DNA of 64,000 nucleotides from Escherichia phage A5-4: sequence record OP744025. One strand, given 5' to 3'. Below are positions 56,760-64,000 of this stretch, piece by piece; the first letter of the stretch is position 1; every line of letters starts with the position of its first letter. The notes under the pieces are model-generated. The model was not told the origin of the DNA. It searched no databases and was given only the letters and a program-made list of their open reading frames with translations. A program made the position numbers and the translations under genes.

Positions 56760-58118
56760 TTACTGGTTATTGAAAATACTCGGGAACTTCTCGTGATAGA
56801 AGTCTACAACATCCTGATCAACGATGATATCTTTTACTCGCAGACGCTTCATCAGGCGAAGACCTTCTACGGATGTGGCACGAGATAGCATAACGTAGGC
56901 TTGCCCAGGTGTAAAAGTACCAAAACCAAGATCAATATTTACTTTACCCAAGGTAAGACCCTGCGCTTTGTGACCCGTGATCGCATAGCCTAACTTAAAT
57001 GGGTACTGGATATACTCACCGATAGATTTATCGACAAGAACAGTTTTTTCAACCATCTTCTTGATCGTCTTTTTGGTTCCGTCCGGCATATCAACTTCTT
57101 CCTCTTCAAGCATCATCTTTTTCTCAGGTACTTGAGCAACGTTGTTCCATGTTGCAGGGCCGATTGGGACCATCTTGCCATCGATATCTACAACAACAAA
57201 GGTTTTTGCGATACGACGAACAATGCCGACTGTACCGTTGACATAATCAGGCACTTTCTTCTTCTGATCATTGTCGTTAACAACAATCATTACTTTAAGA
57301 CCTTCCTTGAGAAAGAGTTTTTCATTAACTGGACGTTCAACAAACTCACCAGTAATACGGGCATTAAATTCATGCTGTTCAGCATTAATCTTTGCGTACT
57401 CTTTGTTGTTAATCTCTTCTGCCAGCTTGTTTGTGGTAGTTAAAGTTACTGCCCCGTCAAGTGGACGACCAAAGCAACGCTGGTTAAAGAAGTTAACGGC
57501 ATCAGGGATGTTTTTCCCGATACGAATATTGTTCAGGTGTTCTGCAAACACTGGATCACTTTGACGATGAACTTTAGGAAGATAAGCATAGGTCAGATTC
57601 AAAGATTCCCAAGTTTCACACCCAAAAGGAATTTCTTTCCCGTGCAGTTCACGGAACAAAGGAACTTCTTCTTTCTTAAGTACAGGCTTGATCTGGAAGC
57701 CGTCACCAAACATGATGATCTGGAGTCCACCAAAAGGCTTATCGGATTTACGATGGTGGCGAAGTTTCATATCGATTTCTTTCAGTTTGTCACTTCGAGT
57801 CATACCGATCTCATCGAACACGATACCATCGAGTGCATCAGATGCCATAAGCATAGCTGCCTTTTTAGATTTTGCTTTATAATCCTCGGAAGTTGTGACA
57901 CCAAAGGTTAAACCAAACGCTTTATGGGTAGTAACACCACGGATGTTTAATGATGCCACGCCTGTTGGACCAACAAACAGAAAACTATCAGCAAAGAAGT
58001 CACGCAGTGCTGCGATCATCATACTTTTACCACTACCACCAGGTCCGGTGATAAAAACGTTTTCCCCATTCATGATTGCTTGCATTGCCGCTTCGTTACC
58101 GATCACTGTCTTAGTCAT
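56760..58118 (-). CDS. SF1B DNA helicase (Dda/RecD/PIF1-like)
   Basis: Walker A GPGGSGKS, Walker B FDEIGM, motif GDGFQIKPV. Confidence 0.75.
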   Translation of the reverse strand: MTKTVIGNEAAMQAIMNGENVFITGPGGSGKSMMIAALRDFFADSFLFVGPTGVASLNIRGVTTHKAFGLTFGVTTSEDYKAKSKKAAMLMASDALDGIVFDEIGMTRSDKLKEIDMKLRHHRKSDKPFGGLQIIMFGDGFQIKPVLKKEEVPLFRELHGKEIPFGCETWESLNLTYAYLPKVHRQSDPVFAEHLNNIRIGKNIPDAVNFFNQRCFGRPLDGAVTLTTTNKLAEEINNKEYAKINAEQHEFNARITGEFVERPVNEKLFLKEGLKVMIVVNDNDQKKKVPDYVNGTVGIVRRIAKTFVVVDIDGKMVPIGPATWNNVAQVPEKKMMLEEEEVDMPDGTKKTIKKMVEKTVLVDKSIGEYIQYPFKLGYAITGHKAQGLTLGKVNIDLGFGTFTPGQAYVMLSRATSVEGLRLMKRLRVKDIIVDQDVVDFYHEKFPSIFNNQ

Positions 58119-58329
58119 TATTTAGTTCCTCATATTCATATGGGTAGAGTAGATATCCTTTGTTGTCTTTTAGTGCTACGGCTATAACACTCTCAAGGTA
58201 AAAATCATCATCATAGTGAATTTCTTCAATTACAAGAATATCACCTTTCTTTGGATGGTCATCGCGATCACTGAAATCATTTAGTAACTTTATTTTTACG
58301 TTTTTCATATAACATCTCCGCTGCCACAA
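58111..58329 (-). CDS. Hypothetical small protein
   Basis: 72-aa ORF. Confidence 0.5.
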   Translation of the reverse strand: MWQRRCYMKNVKIKLLNDFSDRDDHPKKGDILVIEEIHYDDDFYLESVIAVALKDNKGYLLYPYEYEELNND

Positions 58330-58489
58330 GGGTTAAGATCATTGCCATATACATTACAATAGAAGTCACGCTGATTTCAATGAAAACCTCGTCGGTTACA
58401 TGATCAAAGTAAGCATCCTTTACATATCTGACACCTACTAGCCAAAATGTCATAACTACAGCAAATGTCAGTATCATGCGTTTTATCAT
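58277..58489 (-). CDS. Small membrane protein
   Basis: Two hydrophobic helices; true start may be an internal Met. Confidence 0.45.
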   Translation of the reverse strand: MIKRMILTFAVVMTFWLVGVRYVKDAYFDHVTDEVFIEISVTSIVMYMAMILTLVAAEMLYEKRKNKVTK

Positions 58490-59001
58490 TTCTTTTTCTC
58501 CTCTTTGTCTTTGTAAAAGATGTGATTTTCTATGGTGACTGTTCTTTTTAGAAGTTTACGCCAAACAGGTTTAACCTTCTTAGTATGATAGTACAGAGAT
58601 CCGTGTGTTGGGTCAAACCTTTTATACAAAACCTCATTATTTTTTATCTTGTGTACAAACTTGGAGATGCTTAGAGCGCCCTCCCAGGAATCTTTATCGG
58701 TTATGCTATAAGAGGATTTAGTTAATGTCCATGAGAACTGAGAGGCTTGATATACAACCCCTTTCATTGTCCTTGGGAATTTATCATTTTTCATCCGATT
58801 CATTGTAACAAAGGCAACAGCCATTTGCCCATTTATTGTCTCACCTCGTGACTCCATATAGACATTACAGGCCAAGGCATTTACAGAATTATCCTTTTTG
58901 GTACATTTATGAATAACCTTCTGTGCTCTCTCTTTGGCATAAGTGACGCCTGGTGCCAGAGACAGAGTACAAATCAAACCACATAAAACTAATTTTTTCA
59001 T
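58486..59001 (-). CDS. SleB/CwlJ-like cell-wall hydrolase with signal peptide (putative endolysin)
   Basis: N-terminal signal-like MKKLVLCGLICTLSLAPGVTYA; core ALACNVYMESRGE...GQMAVAFVTMNR resembles Hydrolase_2. Confidence 0.55.
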   Translation of the reverse strand: MKKLVLCGLICTLSLAPGVTYAKERAQKVIHKCTKKDNSVNALACNVYMESRGETINGQMAVAFVTMNRMKNDKFPRTMKGVVYQASQFSWTLTKSSYSITDKDSWEGALSISKFVHKIKNNEVLYKRFDPTHGSLYYHTKKVKPVWRKLLKRTVTIENHIFYKDKEEKKK

Positions 59002-59047
59002 TTTTCCTCCAATTGAGGACCCAGCTTATCACTGGGTCACCCTCTTG

Positions 59048-59434
59048 TCAACTACCTTCGATATGCTTCTGAATTTGATCAGCAATGCCTTTCCATAAAC
59101 CATTAAGGAAAGGGTTACTTGTGATGATTTCGCCCAACCAAGGGCCATACAGGCGGTATACGTAGTCATCTGTGATCGCATAGATACTTCCATCACGTAC
59201 AGCAAGACCACGTACAAGGGAGGTTGTTACACGACGACCTGCAAACCCCGTCTTTTGGTATTCCAGTTCAGAATGTTCAATATAACCTACCAGATTTACC
59301 AGATTTTGAGTTCCATCAATTGCAAACCCACATTTCTTTTCAAGGTCTTCTGAAATCTTACTGATCCCCTCTAATGCGAAGTTACCTCCAAATTTTAGGC
59401 CGTACTTAGCTGCAAGTTTATCGTGCGCTGTCAT
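59048..59434 (-). CDS. Hypothetical protein
   Basis: 128-aa ORF. Confidence 0.55.
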   Translation of the reverse strand: MTAHDKLAAKYGLKFGGNFALEGISKISEDLEKKCGFAIDGTQNLVNLVGYIEHSELEYQKTGFAGRRVTTSLVRGLAVRDGSIYAITDDYVYRLYGPWLGEIITSNPFLNGLWKGIADQIQKHIEGS

Positions 59435-59625
59435 TTTACACTTTCCTTGATCAGTTGTTCAAAAGTTTCAACATCCTGAGTGATATGTGCTGTACTTCCA
59501 TCACGGAAGACAACAACGGTAGTTTCTTCACCAAAATGATTACCTTCACGAAAGAGAAGAATCTCTTCTACACGTAGAGCAACTTTAAGACCACCCTCAC
59601 CTGTCAAATTTGCTTTTACGAACAT
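59431..59625 (-). CDS. Hypothetical small protein
   Basis: 64-aa ORF. Confidence 0.5.
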   Translation of the reverse strand: MFVKANLTGEGGLKVALRVEEILLFREGNHFGEETTVVVFRDGSTAHITQDVETFEQLIKESVK

Positions 59626-59816
59626 TATAAACCTCCCATGCTACGAAGAATAACATCTTTCATACGAATAAGAATTTCATTCTTATCCACCTCAGGAAAA
59701 ATTTCAACCAGTTTAATAAGTAAACTTCTTCCACTTTTATACTCACCCGATCTTGCAAGGTGTAGAACAGTTCTTGCAAACTCTAACTCGTCTAAAGGTA
59801 CTTTTCCTTCAACCAT
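59625..59816 (-). CDS. Hypothetical small protein
   Basis: 63-aa ORF. Confidence 0.5.
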   Translation of the reverse strand: MVEGKVPLDELEFARTVLHLARSGEYKSGRSLLIKLVEIFPEVDKNEILIRMKDVILRSMGGL

Positions 59817-60028
59817 TCCGCAGCCTCCTTCAAGTTGTCAAACACTTTATAAGCAACACCTGTATATTCTGAATCCCAATCGTCACTTGGGTCATAATCC
59901 TCGTTAATCTCTTCTACATCAACATGATACTTATTTTCGTAGTCCTTTTCAACAAGAATACGAAGATCATGATAAACAGATGCTTCAACTTGGTCTGCTA
60001 TTTTATCAAAGTAATCTCGATCTGTCAT
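59792..60028 (-). CDS. Hypothetical small acidic protein
   Basis: Internal ATG just after upstream stop preferred over track start 60070. Confidence 0.5.
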   Translation of the reverse strand: MTDRDYFDKIADQVEASVYHDLRILVEKDYENKYHVDVEEINEDYDPSDDWDSEYTGVAYKVFDNLKEAAEWLKEKYL

Positions 60029-60030
60029 CT

Positions 60031-60282
60031 TTATACCCCACAACGTTGGAGAAAAGCTTCGCAAATGCACAAAAAATCTTCTTTTTCTACATTCTTGATA
60101 TCCATACCGATCTCTTTAAAAAGTTTAGGAAGATCAAGAGCCTTCGCGTCCTTTTCTAACTTGAAATAGCCGTTCTTATCATACGGAATTTTTTGGAGGA
60201 ATAGAACATCTGGATTATCAGAGCCTTTTGTTTTTGTTGCTAGATAATCATAAATATCTTCACGAGGTACTGGCTTCTTCAT
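60031..60282 (-). CDS. Hypothetical small protein
   Basis: 83-aa ORF. Confidence 0.5.
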   Translation of the reverse strand: MKKPVPREDIYDYLATKTKGSDNPDVLFLQKIPYDKNGYFKLEKDAKALDLPKLFKEIGMDIKNVEKEDFLCICEAFLQRCGV

Positions 60283-60283
60283 A

Positions 60284-60727
60284 TTATTCTCCTGTCAAAT
60301 TTAATTTGTCACCTTTTCGCATCTCAAGGAAGGCTTTGAGATCTCCAAACTTAGTTTCCGTAAACGCAGAACCTGCCGGAGCTTTGTTATAATCCCATGT
60401 TTCCTTTGCTTCGTCAATATCTCCCACACGAGATTCAATTTTCTTTCTGAATTCGTAAACGGAATACTTTGAACGAATAACTTTCGGCGGTACGTAACGC
60501 ATAATGCCTGCGTCGCTTGATCTCTTTGATAATGAAACCTTTTGTTGATGCATTTTAACACATCTTAAAACGTACTCCTCGAATTCCTTTTTAAAAGCCA
60601 GGTGAATCAAGGATTCTGGTGCAGAGAAGTGAACCTTGCGATAAGACCCATCATCATCCATAAGGTAACACACTTCTGGTTTTCCTGCAAAAACTTCAAC
60701 ATCAAAACTTTCAATCTGGAACTTCAT
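60284..60727 (-). CDS. Hypothetical protein
   Basis: 147-aa ORF. Confidence 0.55.
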   Translation of the reverse strand: MKFQIESFDVEVFAGKPEVCYLMDDDGSYRKVHFSAPESLIHLAFKKEFEEYVLRCVKMHQQKVSLSKRSSDAGIMRYVPPKVIRSKYSVYEFRKKIESRVGDIDEAKETWDYNKAPAGSAFTETKFGDLKAFLEMRKGDKLNLTGE

Positions 60728-60771
60728 AAAGTAAAACCCCCATCGGTTAGGATAGGGGTATATTACATTGG

Positions 60772-60966
60772 TTACTCTACAGAGTCAACCGTTTCAACAA
60801 AGATAATATCACCATATTTCAGCTTACGGCGGTTGTCACCTTTGTGGGTGTGGTCCACAGGGTTAAATGATCCAATATCATTGGAATGTTTCCAGCCAGA
60901 TTTAACAGAAAACTGCTTAACAACAGCAGCAAAATCTTCCGGCTTTAACTCAATCATATGCTCCAT
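60772..60966 (-). CDS. Hypothetical small protein
   Basis: 64-aa ORF. Confidence 0.5.
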   Translation of the reverse strand: MEHMIELKPEDFAAVVKQFSVKSGWKHSNDIGSFNPVDHTHKGDNRRKLKYGDIIFVETVDSVE

Positions 60967-61053
60967 TACATACTCCTTTCATAAGAAATTTCTCTATAGG
61001 GGCTTCATAGAGTAAAACCCCTATTGATTAAGATAGAACCTATTATCAGTTAT

Positions 61054-61443
61054 TTACTCGTCAACAACTTTCCAACTCCAAAGATAACCATCTTTAGGCA
61101 TAGTGGAACCTTTAACAAATATCATTTCGTCATAAAGATCATTTTCGTTAGGCAAATCTTCTAGGAGTTTAAACTCAACATTGTTATACTCATTATAGAT
61201 GATTTGTGCACGGAGTTTCTTGCCTACCTTAATGGAGTTAGTTTCTGATCGAACACATTCAATAATGTATCCCTTTTCATAAGAAATTTCTTCACGAGAT
61301 ACCTTATAGACCTTGACCAACGCAGGAAATTCCTTTTGTATTTTCAAAGCTGTATGCTGCGCTTCTTGTTCACTATCATAACCCTTGAAGAATTTAAAAA
61401 CTTCACCTTCCCACTTGATCCAGACTTCATATTCTTTTTCCAT
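61054..61443 (-). CDS. Hypothetical protein
   Basis: 129-aa ORF. Confidence 0.55.
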   Translation of the reverse strand: MEKEYEVWIKWEGEVFKFFKGYDSEQEAQHTALKIQKEFPALVKVYKVSREEISYEKGYIIECVRSETNSIKVGKKLRAQIIYNEYNNVEFKLLEDLPNENDLYDEMIFVKGSTMPKDGYLWSWKVVDE

Positions 61444-61453
61444 GTATCACCTC

Positions 61454-61771
61454 TTAAGAAATAAGTTGGATTTTTGGACCTTTTTCTTTTTCTGCTTGAC
61501 GCAGGCGTTCACGAACGTACAGTTCGATATCAGTTGGTCGCCACAATTCAACTATAACCACATCGAAACGGTTTTCGTGAGCACCAGGTTGTTTATTCAT
61601 GTAGCTTGCCATCAGGTCTGCACTTTCTTGATCAGCAAATACAGCTTTTGCTACGATTGGCTTACCATCTTCAGTTTGTCCCATACTCATGCTCGGAATG
61701 TTGTGACCTGCATCATTATCACGAATAGCAAACACAAGAGTAGTTTCAGCATTTTTCAGAAAGTCAGTCAT
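61454..61771 (-). CDS. Hypothetical protein
   Basis: 105-aa ORF. Confidence 0.55.
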   Translation of the reverse strand: MTDFLKNAETTLVFAIRDNDAGHNIPSMSMGQTEDGKPIVAKAVFADQESADLMASYMNKQPGAHENRFDVVIVELWRPTDIELYVRERLRQAEKEKGPKIQLIS

Positions 61772-61991
61772 TAATAATCTCCACGTCAGAATTGATATCA
61801 GTTTTATAAAACAGTCCCAGAGTTTCTGCGACCCCTATCTCTATGAAAACAGCATCCTCATACACAACTGCATCAGAGGTTGCGTATACTTTATTATAAA
61901 TTGGCTGGCCTGTAAAGTCACAATCAACAATATATTTAAACTTTTGGCCTTTCTTTACATCACGGGCCTTGATCAGCTTAACATTAATCAT
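61764..61991 (-). CDS. Hypothetical small protein
   Basis: 75-aa ORF. Confidence 0.5.
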   Translation of the reverse strand: MINVKLIKARDVKKGQKFKYIVDCDFTGQPIYNKVYATSDAVVYEDAVFIEIGVAETLGLFYKTDINSDVEIIND

Positions 61992-62679
61992 CGGTACTCC
62001 CTATTTGTAATGGTACAATACCTAAAGCTTCCAAACCTGCCTCCACGACCTTACGATTTACAGAAGCCTCAAACTCTGCTTGTGCTTTCGCCTTAACAAC
62101 CTCGGAGTTTTCCTTAAACACGTTAATCGCATGTTGAGTGATATCCGGCAGCTTTGAATGAACACGAGTGATCTTATTCTTAAGTTCAGTCAATTCTTTC
62201 TTTGTTGCCTTACCTTTCTCAATAAGTTGCTGGACTTCAATTACGGCTTCCAGATGGTCCTTTAAAAGATCTTTTAAGTCTTTATCCACGTTCAAGCCGA
62301 TCATGTCAGAACTGTTTTGTTGTCCCTCAATGCCAGGAACATATCCATCGCCCTTGATATATCTTAATGTGATTGGTACGCCTTGTCCACTATGGGATGC
62401 CACTAACTCTGCCCATTGGTAAGATGTTAATTCAATCTCAATGACACGAGAGTTTCGTGACGTATAATAAGACGGCAAACCATAAGAGATCTCCTGGTAT
62501 GCGGTATCAATACGTAAACAAACACGTTGATTATGGGTCGTGTCTGATCCGAACATTTCCACATTCCCACCAGTTGGGTGAGTGATTGATGCCAACCCAT
62601 AAGCTGGGTGTGTCTGGATTACACGCTCAAATACTCCAGCTTCAGATAATTTTACTTCGGGCTTCATTACGTTTCTCAT
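61984..62679 (-). CDS. Hypothetical protein
   Basis: 231-aa ORF; coiled-coil C-terminal half. Confidence 0.6.
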   Translation of the reverse strand: MRNVMKPEVKLSEAGVFERVIQTHPAYGLASITHPTGGNVEMFGSDTTHNQRVCLRIDTAYQEISYGLPSYYTSRNSRVIEIELTSYQWAELVASHSGQGVPITLRYIKGDGYVPGIEGQQNSSDMIGLNVDKDLKDLLKDHLEAVIEVQQLIEKGKATKKELTELKNKITRVHSKLPDITQHAINVFKENSEVVKAKAQAEFEASVNRKVVEAGLEALGIVPLQIGSTDD

Positions 62680-62687
62680 AAAATCCC

Positions 62688-62888
62688 CTATTTTATTTTT
62701 ACAATGTATTTAGAAGTTCTTCGGATTCTTTGGGTCCTTGTCCAAGTTGGGTCAACATACTCTATTCCTGCCATACCCTTACTCGGGATGATTCTGGTGA
62801 TAATCCCCTTAAATATAGTTTTACGATCGTCATAAGTAAAAGCTACTTTGTCACCAACTTTCATCTCTATACCCATTAAATCTTTCAA
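62688..62888 (-). CDS. Hypothetical small protein
   Basis: 66-aa ORF. Confidence 0.5.
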   Translation of the reverse strand: MKDLMGIEMKVGDKVAFTYDDRKTIFKGIITRIIPSKGMAGIEYVDPTWTRTQRIRRTSKYIVKIK

Positions 62889-62892
62889 ATCA

Positions 62893-63117
62893 TCAACCCC
62901 GTCTTTCTTTCAGTTCCTGTAAGAACAACTCATCAGCAAGATTATTTAAACTATTTGCCAGATTTCGGGCTTGTTCACGAGTAACACGAATACCAACAGA
63001 ATCACAACCCTCACGATCGCAGTAGTCAATTCCGATCAGGATTTTACCTTTTTCAGTTGAGGGTGTAATATTAATTTCTGCCTGATAATCTACGCCAATA
63101 TCCTGGAATGTCATCAT
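62893..63117 (-). CDS. Hypothetical small protein
   Basis: 74-aa ORF. Confidence 0.5.
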   Translation of the reverse strand: MMTFQDIGVDYQAEINITPSTEKGKILIGIDYCDREGCDSVGIRVTREQARNLANSLNNLADELFLQELKERRG

Positions 63118-63272
63118 TTTGTGTATACCTCTTGTATTTCTGCGATTAATGTTTCAGAGGAACTGGCAATTTCTGCTCGGACTTCCTCTGCTTTTTCTTT
63201 ATCTTCAAATAGGGTCGGATGAATTTGAGCATCCTCACCACAATGAAGACACAGTATAGCATAATACTTCAT
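63117..63272 (-). CDS. Small Cys-containing protein (51 aa; absent from track)
   Basis: ATG overlaps upstream stop (TGATG) and its stop overlaps next ATG; CLHCG motif. Confidence 0.45.
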
Positions 63273-63634
63273 CACTTATTACCTTTTTCTTCTTCATGCG
63301 GCTTAACAATAATCTCTTCAATAATCTCAGGATCAATGTTTTTAGTATACATAAAAGTATAAAGCGCCGTTTTCAAAGCGGCACGTTTACCATAGTAATG
63401 ATCTGCGATGCCATTCTGTTTTGATAGTTTATGAATCTCCACTATTTTGCTTTCAACTTCTTCGTTGGAGATCTCTATATACTCGACTGCTGACATGCGT
63501 TCAATAAATATTGCATTAAGACCGTATAACTTGGCATCTCGCTCCACGTATTCTTTGAATCGCTGCCACTCTACCTCATCTTTGATAAGGTCTGCAATTT
63601 TAAAGATTACTGGGTGCTTACGTGATTTGGTCAT
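63272..63634 (-). CDS. Hypothetical protein
   Basis: 120-aa ORF. Confidence 0.55.
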   Translation of the reverse strand: MTKSRKHPVIFKIADLIKDEVEWQRFKEYVERDAKLYGLNAIFIERMSAVEYIEISNEEVESKIVEIHKLSKQNGIADHYYGKRAALKTALYTFMYTKNIDPEIIEEIIVKPHEEEKGNK

Positions 63635-63690
63635 TTATTCTCTCCTCGTTTGTTTTGATAGGGTCATATTACACGACCCTTGATATGGTG

Positions 63691-63948
63691 TCAACTAAAA
63701 ATTAAAGAAACAACGTGGTAAATTACTTGGGGAAAGATAACTACGAAGTACAGATCAACAAATCCAGAGATAAAGTGATAAGCCTTCAGTTTTGTACGTT
63801 TACCTTTGTAAAAATCAGAGATGATTTTGAAATATTTATAAAGATTCCTTAAAAGTGCAAAACCGATCAACCCCAATCCACTAAGAACCACAACAAAAAG
63901 TGAAAACTGGACGTCCGCACTAAAAACACCAATAATAAGATCTAACAT
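63691..63948 (-). CDS. Small membrane protein
   Basis: 85 aa with two hydrophobic helices; first visible gene of minus arm. Confidence 0.55.
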   Translation of the reverse strand: MLDLIIGVFSADVQFSLFVVVLSGLGLIGFALLRNLYKYFKIISDFYKGKRTKLKAYHFISGFVDLYFVVIFPQVIYHVVSLIFS

Positions 63949-64000
63949 TAAATTTCCTCCAATTCAGACTCTACGATGTAAAAACCTTGTAATATTTCAT

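Overview
Near-complete genome segment of a tailed dsDNA phage (contractile-tail myovirus layout) in two convergent arms that meet at a bidirectional terminator near 34.16-34.19 kb. The plus arm (1-34157) is the late morphogenesis module: large terminase, portal, XkdF-like protease, scaffold, major capsid protein, two collagen-like repeat proteins, head-tail genes, sheath, tube, a chaperone pair with a candidate -1 frameshift, tape measure, baseplate genes, tail fibres and a membrane-protein trio. The minus arm (34206-63948) is the early/replication module: SSB-like protein, many small ORFs, a T7-like family-A DNA polymerase, GHKL ATPase, C5-methyltransferase-like protein, T7 gp4-like primase-helicase, Dda-like helicase and a SleB-like lysin. 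The most notable result is that both core replication genes (DNA polymerase and primase-helicase) appear to be interrupted by group I introns, each carrying a paralogous HNH endonuclease ORF; the polymerase additionally has a frame break between its exonuclease and polymerase portions. Other points of interest are a membrane protein fusing an Imm-like two-helix anchor to collagen/fibre-repeat motifs, a 1263-aa modular collagen-like protein, three tandem paralogs, and several translationally coupled ORFs under 60 aa that the ORF track omits. No tRNA, CRISPR array, integrase or transposase was seen. All calls rest on reading the sequence and recalled family motifs; no database search was run. 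Element coordinates taken from hand counting may be off by a base or two (one HNH stop codon did not reconcile with the track by 1 nt).
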